Positions 7,497 through 16,686 of a stretch of 64,000 bases of DNA are shown here, piece by piece (positions within the stretch are counted from its first letter, which is position 1; every line of letters begins with the position of its first letter). This DNA comes from Verrucomicrobia bacterium SCGC AAA164-E04 (GTDB taxonomy: Bacteria > Verrucomicrobiota > Verrucomicrobiia > Limisphaerales > AAA164-E04), in the NCBI GenBank assembly GCA_000383715.1, contig KB911862.1:27132-91131 (forward strand). The letters are read 5' to 3'. The position numbers were made by a program, and so were the translations under genes. The notes beneath the pieces were generated by a model, which saw nothing but the letters and a program-made list of their open reading frames with translations, was not told the origin of the DNA and searched no databases.

Positions 7497-10447
7497 ACCG
7501 TTCTCATATTATCCTGCTCTCATTCCTTCTTCTGAATGCGTCTGCTGAACTGATCGGGCAGCGAAGTCTGCAAGAAATACCTCCACCGGATCCTGCGATC
7601 GAAGCGGCCTCTTTTCAAGTAGCTGATGGATTCGAGATCAATCTGTGGGCCGCTGATCCCTTGCTCGCAAAGCCTACCCAAATTGCCTTTGACCCTCAGG
7701 GGCGACTTTGGGTTTCCACCAGCAAGACCTATCCTCAATTGAATGTGAACCAGGAGCCGAATGATCAGATCATTATCCTGGAAGATCTGGATCGCGATGG
7801 AGCTGCTGACAGATCCACGGTCTATTATGATGACCTTCTCATTCCTGGAGGGGTGCTACCTGATGGGAACGGAGGAGCTTATGTGGCCCATGCCGATGAA
7901 CTGATACATCTGAAAGATGATGACGGCGATCTCAAGGCAGACCGCAAACAAATCCTGCTTTCCGGTTTCGGAACCGAGGACACGCACCATACACTTCATC
8001 GACTTCGTTGGGGACCGGACGGACTGCTTTACATGCTTCAGGGCTATTACATCGGTACGCATGTTGAAACACTGCACGGCCCTCGCAGATTGAATGGAGG
8101 CGGCCTATGGTATTACAACACCCGAACGCGCAGACTTGAAATTTACAGCCGTGGCCTGGTCAATCCCTGGGGAATGGTTTTTGATGCATGGGGGCAGACG
8201 TTCCAAACCGATGGTGCAGGTGGTGAGGGCATCAATTACAGTTTTCCAGATAGCGTGTTCAACGCCTCTCCCCTCGAGCTCAGATACTTGAGCGGACTCA
8301 ATCCAGGCAGACCTAAACTTTGCGGTCTGGAAAGAATCAGCGGAGGACACTTTCCGGAATCCTGGCAAGGCAATTTGATGGCCAACGATTTTCGAGCAAA
8401 CAACATCGATCGATACGTTGTCGCAGAATCGGGTAGCGGATATGTTTCAACGCTCAAGGAGGATCTTTTGAAATCCAGTCATGTCTCGTTTCGTCCTATT
8501 GACTTGGTCATGGGGCCGGATGGGGCTCTTTATGTGGCAGATTGGTACAGTCCCATTATCCAGCATGGGGAAGTAGATTTTCGAGACCCACGGCGTGATC
8601 AGGTCCACGGCCGGATCTGGCGAATCACAGCTGTCAACCGCCCTTTGCTTGTCCCCCCAGACTACGGTCAATTGAGTATTACCGGTTTGCTGGATCTGCT
8701 GAAAGTCGAGGAGGACTGGGTCAGGCTCCATGCCAAACAGGTATTAAAAAATCATGATCCACAAGCTGTCCAGCGCGCGCTCCGTGACTGGCTGAGTCAA
8801 CTGGATTCATCTCATCCTCATTTCGAACACCATCGCCTTGAGGCCTTGTGGGTTTATCAAACGATAGCCATCACACCTCCTGCAGCATGGATGGAGGCAT
8901 TGCTTCGTTCGCCGGACCATCGTGTTCGGTCCGCTGTGACCCGATTTTGGTATCATGGGGGAGATGCGCTTCAGAACCTGGAAACATCCGTCCATGATCC
9001 TCATCCGCGCGTTCGACGAGAAGCCGTCACTGCCCTGGGGCAAATTCATTCTCCGTCAGCTCTCACGCTGGCTCTGAAAGTACTGGATCAGCCCATGGAT
9101 GCCTATCTGGATTTCGCTCTTTGGAGAACATGTCGCCTGCTGGAAGAGGACTGGGTGCCCGCATTCAAGAATGGTTCCCTGCCATTGCATGATCATGTCG
9201 ATCAACTGGCATTTGCCCTGCGATCAATCGAAAAGCCGGGCTTACTTGCACCTCTGGTCAAACTGTTGGTTGACGGATCTACCTCCAATGATGTCGCAAC
9301 AGTGCGTCTCATCGGAAAGATAGGATCGGCTGATGATTTGAACCTTCTTGCCGATCTGGTATCCAAGAACGGGCACTCTTTGTTCAGCGCATCAGCGGAG
9401 GCACTTCTTGAATCAGCTCAGGATCGCAGGTTGTATCCTTCCAAAGTGGGATTGAGATTGCGAGCCTGCCGGATGATGATGCAATCTGCTGAGCCTCAAG
9501 TGCTGGCTCAAGCGTGCCGGTTGATTGGACTCTGGAAGTTGAAATCGATGCGCGACCTTCTTGTGATCCACCTCACTTCAGAAGATACAGGTCTTCAGCG
9601 TGCCTCGATTTCAGGATTGGCGGATCTAGGCGATTTCGAGTCTCTGAAACGTTTGGCCAGGGATACTCAGGCTACTGCGGAGCGCCGTGTCAACGCGTGC
9701 GTTTCCTTAATGGATCATGATCCGTCTTTGGCTGCCGCGATTGTGGCAGAGTTATTGACGCGAACCATGTCCGATCAGGATGTAGAGCGATTGATGGGGG
9801 CCCTGGTTTCAAACAAGCAGGCCATCACCGCACTTACCGGCAGTATGTTGCAGGCTCAGATTCCAACACACAATGCCATCATGGCTGTGAGAATGGTGGA
9901 AACATCCGGTTATTGGGATTCTCCTCTGATGGATGCCCTTTCAAAAGCAGGTTCGATTCAATCGACACCTCTGAGTATGGACCCAGTGCATTTGGAGGGC
10001 TATCTGTCTCGAATCCAAAACGCCGATCCAGAGCAGGGGAGCAAGGTCTACCAGCGTGCAGACCTGGGCTGTGTGCTCTGTCACACCGTCGATGGAAAGG
10101 GAGGCATGATTGGTCCAGATCTATCAAGTATCGGTGCCAGTGCGCCCATGGATTATCTCATGGAATCGCTTTTGGAACCCAGTTCCAAGATCAAGGAAGG
10201 TTACAGGATGTCCGTCATCACCACGAAAGATGAGTCTGTTATATCCGGTTCAATCGTTCACGAGACCCCGCATGTCATCGTGTTGCGTAACATTGCAAAC
10301 GTGGAGACACGGATACGAAAGGATAATATTGCTTTCCGTGAAACCAGTTCTGTTTCCATGATGCCTTCGGGGCTGGTTGATTCTCTTACCAAGCAGGAGT
10401 TTTTTGATCTGCTCGGTTATCTGTCCTCTCTTGGAAAGACAGAGTGA
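7493..10447 (+). CDS. PVC-type heme-binding CxxCH protein: 'membrane-bound dehydrogenase' beta-propeller, HEAT repeats and a cytochrome c domain
   Basis: 984 aa with a signal peptide. Propeller-like blocks (GRLWVSTSKTYPQ, DGALYVADWYSPIIQHG). HEAT-like HRVRSAV / HPRVRREAVTALGQI. CVLCH at 10070-10084 is followed by GPDLSSIG. This matches my recollection of the TIGR02604 plus TIGR02603 architecture. Confidence 0.9.
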   Translation: MNRSHIILLSFLLLNASAELIGQRSLQEIPPPDPAIEAASFQVADGFEINLWAADPLLAKPTQIAFDPQGRLWVSTSKTYPQLNVNQEPNDQIIILEDLDRDGAADRSTVYYDDLLIPGGVLPDGNGGAYVAHADELIHLKDDDGDLKADRKQILLSGFGTEDTHHTLHRLRWGPDGLLYMLQGYYIGTHVETLHGPRRLNGGGLWYYNTRTRRLEIYSRGLVNPWGMVFDAWGQTFQTDGAGGEGINYSFPDSVFNASPLELRYLSGLNPGRPKLCGLERISGGHFPESWQGNLMANDFRANNIDRYVVAESGSGYVSTLKEDLLKSSHVSFRPIDLVMGPDGALYVADWYSPIIQHGEVDFRDPRRDQVHGRIWRITAVNRPLLVPPDYGQLSITGLLDLLKVEEDWVRLHAKQVLKNHDPQAVQRALRDWLSQLDSSHPHFEHHRLEALWVYQTIAITPPAAWMEALLRSPDHRVRSAVTRFWYHGGDALQNLETSVHDPHPRVRREAVTALGQIHSPSALTLALKVLDQPMDAYLDFALWRTCRLLEEDWVPAFKNGSLPLHDHVDQLAFALRSIEKPGLLAPLVKLLVDGSTSNDVATVRLIGKIGSADDLNLLADLVSKNGHSLFSASAEALLESAQDRRLYPSKVGLRLRACRMMMQSAEPQVLAQACRLIGLWKLKSMRDLLVIHLTSEDTGLQRASISGLADLGDFESLKRLARDTQATAERRVNACVSLMDHDPSLAAAIVAELLTRTMSDQDVERLMGALVSNKQAITALTGSMLQAQIPTHNAIMAVRMVETSGYWDSPLMDALSKAGSIQSTPLSMDPVHLEGYLSRIQNADPEQGSKVYQRADLGCVLCHTVDGKGGMIGPDLSSIGASAPMDYLMESLLEPSSKIKEGYRMSVITTKDESVISGSIVHETPHVIVLRNIANVETRIRKDNIAFRETSSVSMMPSGLVDSLTKQEFFDLLGYLSSLGKTE

Positions 10448-10490
10448 ATCTACTGTTCTCAGGCTCGCCAGATCCCATGCCCAATCAGAA

Positions 10491-11678
10491 CTAGAACAAA
10501 ACCTTTGATCCTGGTTTTAATGCCTGCTCTGGCAGTGGCCTTGCTTCATTGAACACGCGCATTTGTTCGGGGGTTTCCAAGACCGTTTTGCTTTCGTCGT
10601 ACACTTCAGTTGCCGGGTCATATACTCCTTTTTTATTCAGCTTGAGGTGCTTCACCATGAATGGATACATTGCCTGACGTTTCATGAATTGATAGCCATG
10701 TTGCTGGTTGGGAAAATGAGCATTTTCCACCAGTGATTTCTTGCCGGAAAGATTGTACACATTGCGTATGTAAGGATACTCGACAAGCGGTGTGTTCTTC
10801 GTCCAGTCTCCGCCCACGGAAACCAGTAACTGGGGCCGTGGCGCTGTCAGGGCTGCGATCTCGGCATTGTTTGTCTCCAGCTCCTCGGTCTTGTGGATGG
10901 GCATTCCGCTTTCACAATCACATCCACCAAAAAAATGAGCCGAGACCATCACAACGGGTGCCGACACCCGAATACGGTCATCCAAAGCCGTCAGAAGAAA
11001 GGTTTGAGTGCCCCCTCCTGAACAGCCAGTGATGCCGATTTGATCATCATCGACATCCTCAAGTGCCTGAACAAAATCAACGGCCCTTATGCTGCCCCAG
11101 GTCTGTAGCGTCAGTGCCTGGGGATGATTGTGATCCCAACCGAGATTCAGGGAATCCCCGAATCCGACCATGTCATATGAAAAAACCACGGCACCCATAC
11201 GGGCCAGTGTCGCACAACGGTATTGCTGATCTGAGCGATAGCGTCCGCCCTCCGGTCCGCGGGCATGACCGTGAGGACAGAGAATGGCCGGATGCGGTCC
11301 TTTTGCTTCTGTGGGACGGTAGAGATTGCCATAAACGAAAAAACCAGGCCGGGCCTCAAACGCCGCAGCCTCGACGGAATAGCCTTCATAGGTTCGCTTG
11401 TTGTGCACCACTGCATTCAGAGGCGTTCGTTTGGGTAGTGGGTGCAGTCCTGATCCAATCAGGATTTGTTTGCGAACTCTTGCTGCACGAGCATTCCATT
11501 CCTTGAGGTTACCATACTTGGCAGCCATGCGTGCAAGTTGTTCAATAGCTTGCTGCTCTGTCTGATAATTTCCCTGGCAAAGCACAGGGCCTTTCACGAT
11601 GTCATGAGCTTCATTCTGCCCCATCAATTGAGTCAGTAGACCAGAAGTAATAAGGATGCTGATAATGATACGTTTCAT
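10491..11678 (-). CDS. Secreted alpha/beta hydrolase (acetylxylan-esterase-like)
   Basis: 395 aa with a signal peptide. Nucleophile elbow GITGCSGGGTQTF and upstream PHGHARGPEGG. The length and block order fit an AXE1/dienelactone-hydrolase-like fold. Confidence 0.8.
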   Translation of the reverse strand: MKRIIISILITSGLLTQLMGQNEAHDIVKGPVLCQGNYQTEQQAIEQLARMAAKYGNLKEWNARAARVRKQILIGSGLHPLPKRTPLNAVVHNKRTYEGYSVEAAAFEARPGFFVYGNLYRPTEAKGPHPAILCPHGHARGPEGGRYRSDQQYRCATLARMGAVVFSYDMVGFGDSLNLGWDHNHPQALTLQTWGSIRAVDFVQALEDVDDDQIGITGCSGGGTQTFLLTALDDRIRVSAPVVMVSAHFFGGCDCESGMPIHKTEELETNNAEIAALTAPRPQLLVSVGGDWTKNTPLVEYPYIRNVYNLSGKKSLVENAHFPNQQHGYQFMKRQAMYPFMVKHLKLNKKGVYDPATEVYDESKTVLETPEQMRVFNEARPLPEQALKPGSKVLF

Positions 11679-11814
11679 ATTCGATGTTTCGTCGTTGTAT
11701 TTGAATGCTTGCCTCAGCCTGATGACTTGGTTGATTTATGCCAAGGCGGGTATTCTGCAATGATGCGCCCCATCATTCGTTAGTCTGGATTTCAACGAGC
11801 TGGCTAGGAACTAA

Positions 11815-13599
11815 CTAAAGTCTTTCAATCACAGCGTAATACGCTCCAATGCGCATTCCTGATTCGTTGTCGCTGTGGAAGATGCCTTCCAGCAGATAGT
11901 CATCCTCTTCAAGTTCCAAGGTGAATCTAATTTCCTCGGCATCATCAACAATCGGTTTGGTTCGTGTCAGATTACCTATTTTCAAGGTAGCTTTTGTCGC
12001 TCCCAACCCTTTGCCCGGTGTTTCTCGAAATGCATTCAATCCTGGTACGGCTGCTCCCGGTGCGAGATCTGCATTGATCGGATGAGAAAGTTCTCTGGGC
12101 CAGCGGCGTAAAGAAATCACATATGTTGCAGATTGCTCGACTCGGATTGCCCATCCCCCTTCACTTGGTTTGGCGGCTCGGATTTTCCCCTGATGCCAGG
12201 GGGAAGCGTTGTCGCTGTCCGCGAGCCAGTCATGCCCCGTCAGGTGAGCTGGGTTCTCAGCATCGTTTCCAACCACCACGCGCTCATGAACCGCGAATCC
12301 CGGTGAAATGCTGTCCCACCATTTGTCATACTCATGACGAAGGGTTTCAACGACTCTGGGACGTTTGGCAGCCAAGTTGTTTTTCTGGGATGGATCACGG
12401 TTGATGTGATAAAGTTCCTTCCCGTTGACCAAACGCCATTGTTCGGTCATTACCGCTGATTTGCGCCATTTGATCGGATCAATGACGCGTTGTGAATCCG
12501 TCACAAGAGCTCGCTCAGACCATGGTACGGGTAGATCGTAAAGCAGGCTTACCAAGGAGCGCCCATCGAAGGCATAATCCATGGGAGCCTTCAATCCACA
12601 CAAATCAATGAAGGTGGGCAATATATCGACGTGCGCGGTGAGTTGATCGATATCTCTGGCATTATTCAGTCCTCCGAAAGGCCAGGAAAGGAAGAACGGT
12701 ACTCGATGTCCTCCCTCATATTCACTGCCCTTCTGACCGCGCATCTGTGCATTAAAAATTTCTCTCCCACTCGCCGTTCCGTTGTCAGTCGTGAAGATGA
12801 AAATGGTATCTTTTTCCAGACCCTTGTTGCGCAGCCATTGTCTCAACGCACCCACGTTTTCATCGATGTTGGCAATCATGCCGAAGAAAATTGCCTGACG
12901 TTCGGTCATCCCCTGCGCCAAGTAAGGTTTCCAATATTTTTCAGGGCAATGATAGGGACCATGGGGTGCATTGGTGGAAATATAGGCAAGAAACGGTTTG
13001 CTGGCTTCGACGCTTTCTTCGATAAACCGTTTTGCTTCCCTGAAATAAACGTCGGTGCAATAGCCTTTGTAAGATTGAGGTTTGCCATTGTGAAAGTAGG
13101 TGTCGTCGAAATATGAATTGTCCCAGTAATCCGGTGTTTGACCGACACCACCGCCGCCGTGGCGCACGACCTCCTGAAAACCACGATCTTCGGGGCGGTA
13201 AGGATAGTTGTCACCTAGATGCCATTTGCCAAACATCCCGGTTGCATAGCCGCCCTCACTGAAAATATCACCCCATGTCGCAGATGTCTGTCGCAGGAAG
13301 GAACGTCCGCGAATGGTATGCCATGGCCCGGCTCGATTGGTGAAATGGCCACTCATGAGCGCACCGCGGGTAGGAGCACAGGTTGGACTGACGTGATAAT
13401 CGGTGAGTCGGATGCTTGTTTCCCTGAGGGCATCCAGGGAAGGTGTTTTCAGGACAGGGTTGCCGTGCGAAGAAAGGTCCCCGTATCCCTGATCATCGGT
13501 GATGACAAAAACGACGTTTGGTTGAGCGGCCTCTAATCCATGGAATACGATCATCCATGAAAAGAGCAACAAAGTATTGATGCGACAATTATGATTCAT
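11815..13599 (-). CDS. Arylsulfatase-family sulfatase (formylglycine type) with an extra C-terminal beta-rich domain
   Basis: 594 aa with a signal peptide. NVVFVITDDQGYGD and the CxPxR motif in SPTCAPTRGALMSGH; also GKWHLG and TDNG blocks. Confidence 0.9.
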   Translation of the reverse strand: MNHNCRINTLLLFSWMIVFHGLEAAQPNVVFVITDDQGYGDLSSHGNPVLKTPSLDALRETSIRLTDYHVSPTCAPTRGALMSGHFTNRAGPWHTIRGRSFLRQTSATWGDIFSEGGYATGMFGKWHLGDNYPYRPEDRGFQEVVRHGGGGVGQTPDYWDNSYFDDTYFHNGKPQSYKGYCTDVYFREAKRFIEESVEASKPFLAYISTNAPHGPYHCPEKYWKPYLAQGMTERQAIFFGMIANIDENVGALRQWLRNKGLEKDTIFIFTTDNGTASGREIFNAQMRGQKGSEYEGGHRVPFFLSWPFGGLNNARDIDQLTAHVDILPTFIDLCGLKAPMDYAFDGRSLVSLLYDLPVPWSERALVTDSQRVIDPIKWRKSAVMTEQWRLVNGKELYHINRDPSQKNNLAAKRPRVVETLRHEYDKWWDSISPGFAVHERVVVGNDAENPAHLTGHDWLADSDNASPWHQGKIRAAKPSEGGWAIRVEQSATYVISLRRWPRELSHPINADLAPGAAVPGLNAFRETPGKGLGATKATLKIGNLTRTKPIVDDAEEIRFTLELEEDDYLLEGIFHSDNESGMRIGAYYAVIERL

Positions 13600-13828
13600 G
13601 AGGAATAAAAAGCACCATAAAGTCTTTTTTCAGACATTCAAATCCCGAGATCAAAAAAAGCTGTTTTTTCTGTTTGAAAACATACTCTTATCAGGTCTGG
13701 CAGAGCCTCTGAATAGAAAGTTAGCCTAGTTTTACTTGATCCAATCCTGTTCAGTTCTTTGGAATGGGTGATATTTGAGTGTTCAGAGCAAGCTTGAATA
13801 CGAAGCATGGTTCTTGTTTTATCCAAGC

Positions 13829-14668
13829 ATGCTACGTATCTGTATCTTCCTCATTGCGTCGACACTGTCTTTGATTTCCGAGACGCCCGTGATTGCTGTA
13901 TGGCCGGAAGACCGCGTGCCTGGAAAGGTGACGGAGGAACCCGAAACTTTGATTCCAAGAGCAGACGGATATCAGCGCATGACCCACGTCAGTCGCCCTA
14001 CATTGACTTTTTTTGCGGCTTCCGATGTGAAGGGATTGCCAACACCTGCGGTCATCGTTTGTCCGGGAGGCGCCTATCGTTATACTGTCATGGACAAGGA
14101 GGGATCAGCGATAGCAAGACGATTCAACCAAGCGGGTATTTCAGCGCTCGTTCTGAAATACCGCACTCCTGACAATCGGGAAGGCGCCTTGCAGGACCTG
14201 CAACGTGCATTGAGTCTGACGCGTTCCCGCGCGTTTGAATGGGATATTGATCCAGATCGTATTGGTGTCATCGGGTTTTCTGCAGGAGGTCACCTTGCGG
14301 CCAGTGCAAGTACACAATTTACGGCGAGGCGCTACGAGGCCATTGACTCAGTGGATACCCTGAGTTGCCGTCCAGACTTCGTCATGTTGGTTTACCCTGC
14401 GTATCTCGATGACAAGCAAGGCAATGTTTCAACCGACCTCAACCTTCAGGTTGATATCCCACCCTCCTTGATTCTTCACAGTGAGGATGACAGAAATCAT
14501 GTCACCGGGAGTAGGCTCTATGCCAAACGACTCAAGGAAAAGGGGGGGCAACATGCATTCAAACTTTATTCAAGCGGTGGACACGGCTATGGCCTCCACT
14601 CAAAAGGAGAAGCACGCGTCTGGCCTGACGAAGCGATCGAATGGCTGCGAGCAATTGGCACTCAGTAG
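13829..14668 (+). CDS. Alpha/beta hydrolase, esterase/lipase (BD-FAE-like)
   Basis: The ORF track starts at a TTG at 13775. ATG 13829 gives a clean signal peptide, MLRICIFLIASTLSLIS. Motifs VCPGGAYRY and GFSAGGHLA (GxSxG), plus a C-terminal GGHG block. Confidence 0.8.
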   Translation: MLRICIFLIASTLSLISETPVIAVWPEDRVPGKVTEEPETLIPRADGYQRMTHVSRPTLTFFAASDVKGLPTPAVIVCPGGAYRYTVMDKEGSAIARRFNQAGISALVLKYRTPDNREGALQDLQRALSLTRSRAFEWDIDPDRIGVIGFSAGGHLAASASTQFTARRYEAIDSVDTLSCRPDFVMLVYPAYLDDKQGNVSTDLNLQVDIPPSLILHSEDDRNHVTGSRLYAKRLKEKGGQHAFKLYSSGGHGYGLHSKGEARVWPDEAIEWLRAIGTQ

Positions 14669-14792
14669 CTCGTTGCAAGCAACGACAGCTTTGGAAAATC
14701 ACGCGCATGGTGATTTATTCACCATGCCGACATGGATAAGATCCGCTGTGAATTCACTTGCGTAAATTCCTACTATTTACAGATTATTCTAA

Positions 14793-16274
14793 ATGCGCTG
14801 GATGTTACTTATTTTCTTTGCAACCTTGACCATGGTCCATGCTCAAGACCGTCCGAATTTCATCCTGGTCATGGGCGACGATCATGGATGGAGTGAGACC
14901 GGCTACAACGGTCATCCTCACTTGAAGACACCGGTATTGGATGAAATGGCAGCAAGGGGTTTGCGCCTCGATCATTTTTATGCCGCTCACCCGAGTTGTT
15001 CGCCAACGCGTGCCAGTGTCCTGACAGGGAGACATCCCAATCGATGTGGAACCTTCGCTCCCGGTTGGTCGATTCGGCCGGAGGAAATCACCATCGCGCA
15101 CCTTTTGAGCGAAGCCGGTTATCTCTGCGGTCATTTCGGTAAGTGGCATGTAGGCGCAGTGAAAGCGGAGTCGCCATTGAACCCTGTAGCGATGGGATTT
15201 GATGCTTATGTGTCACATGACAATTTTTATGAGATGAACCCGGAGATGTCTCGTAATGGGGGGGCGCCAGAGATCTTGGAAGGCGAAGGCTCGGAGGTGA
15301 CGATTGCGGAAACGCTGAAGTTTATTGATCGTGCCCATGAAGAGGGGAAACCTTTTCTAGCGGTGGTATGGTTTGGCTCGCCTCATGAACCGTACAGCGG
15401 ACTGGAGAAAGACCTGGCTCTTTACAACGATCTGCCCATCGAGTACGAGCAGAGAAAAGTTCGCCTGACATCCATGAAGACAGGCAAGCCAACGGAACGT
15501 GTATTGCGTGCCGTATTGCGCGAACGTTATGCCGAAATCACGGCAATGGATCGATCCATTGGTTACCTCAGGGATTATTTAAAATCGACCGGGCTGCGCG
15601 ATAATACGGTGCTTTGGTATTGTGGAGATAATGGTAGTCCATCCAGCAGTGGTCGCGTTGAAACACCACTGCGTGGTCAGAAAGGAACGATGTATGAGGG
15701 AGGCATACGGGTGCCCGGATTGATTGAGTGGCCTGCAAGGATTGCGAAAGGACGTTTGAGTGTTCTCAATGCGGTGACAAGCGACATGCTGCCGACCTTG
15801 TGTGATCTGGCGGGGGTTGCGATTCCCCAAAGACCGTTGGATGGAGTGAGCCTGGCCTCTCTTCTGACAGGGGAAATGACCCAGCGACCGCCTATCTGCT
15901 TCTGGAGTTATCCGTCAAAAAGGATCACGACCCATACCCCGGAACTGAAGCCTTGGATTGATCCTCTGCTCCAGGAAGGGACGACGAAACTGGTGAAATA
16001 CATGGGCAGCAAGCGCACGCGTAGTTTCAGGAATTATCACCAACCGGAGATCACAGAAGCAGACTATGGCGGCTCCCGCGTGTTGCTTGATGCTGATTAC
16101 AAGTTAGTGATTGATGGTAACGAAAATATCGAATTATTCGATCTAAGGAAGGATCGTGCGGAAGGAATGGATCTACACGAATCGCAATCGGAACTCGCTC
16201 TCAAACTGCAGAAGCAATTGCGATATTGGCAAACGTCTGTGTTGCAGAGTTTGCGCGCGGGCGACTATCCATGA
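14793..16274 (+). CDS. Sulfatase (formylglycine type)
   Basis: 493 aa with a signal peptide. NFILVMGDDHGW and CSPTRASVLTGRHP (CxPxR); also GKWHVG and GDNGS blocks. Confidence 0.9.
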   Translation: MRWMLLIFFATLTMVHAQDRPNFILVMGDDHGWSETGYNGHPHLKTPVLDEMAARGLRLDHFYAAHPSCSPTRASVLTGRHPNRCGTFAPGWSIRPEEITIAHLLSEAGYLCGHFGKWHVGAVKAESPLNPVAMGFDAYVSHDNFYEMNPEMSRNGGAPEILEGEGSEVTIAETLKFIDRAHEEGKPFLAVVWFGSPHEPYSGLEKDLALYNDLPIEYEQRKVRLTSMKTGKPTERVLRAVLRERYAEITAMDRSIGYLRDYLKSTGLRDNTVLWYCGDNGSPSSSGRVETPLRGQKGTMYEGGIRVPGLIEWPARIAKGRLSVLNAVTSDMLPTLCDLAGVAIPQRPLDGVSLASLLTGEMTQRPPICFWSYPSKRITTHTPELKPWIDPLLQEGTTKLVKYMGSKRTRSFRNYHQPEITEADYGGSRVLLDADYKLVIDGNENIELFDLRKDRAEGMDLHESQSELALKLQKQLRYWQTSVLQSLRAGDYP

Positions 16275-16624
16275 GTGTTCGTGCTGTGATGTTGAACTAA
16301 TAAGGTAGTGGAAAGCCGGGGGTAATGTCTTGTTGCCAAATTTGCCTCATTTTGCTTTGAAACGGCCATGTGAATTTAAACTTCAGTTCAATGGAGCCGG
16401 TGCCCAGCTTGGCAGCGCTCTTTCGCTTCTTTTTCCTGAAGTGAATAGCCGGGTAAATTATAGATTCATAGAGTATCATAGAAGTGTCTGATTGTTCTTT
16501 CATTTCAACATCATCCTGATCAAAAACGGCAAAAGATATCCGCAAGAGAGCCGAGTATTTTGAATGGATTGACCAAGTTGATTGAAAAGATTTTGCGAGC
16601 GCATTACTGGGCTTTCCATAGAGC

Positions 16625-16660
16625 AGAAAGGTCCCCAGTGTGCTAGATGGGGACCTTTCT
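16625..16660. terminator. Strong stem-loop between convergent genes (probable bidirectional terminator)
   Basis: AGAAAGGTCCCCA-gtgtgctaga-TGGGGACCTTTCT gives a 13-bp perfect stem. It lies between the sulfatase stop (16274) and the stop of the minus-strand gene (16687). There is no obvious U-tract. Confidence 0.5.
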
Positions 16661-16686
16661 CATAAAGTTGACTGATTCACCAGAAG

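Noticed and set aside
16297-16545. 82-aa minus-strand ORF between the sulfatase gene and the terminator hairpin
   Set aside because: It has no signal, no motifs and no plausible ribosome-binding context. The region is better explained as a 3' intergenic spacer between convergent genes.
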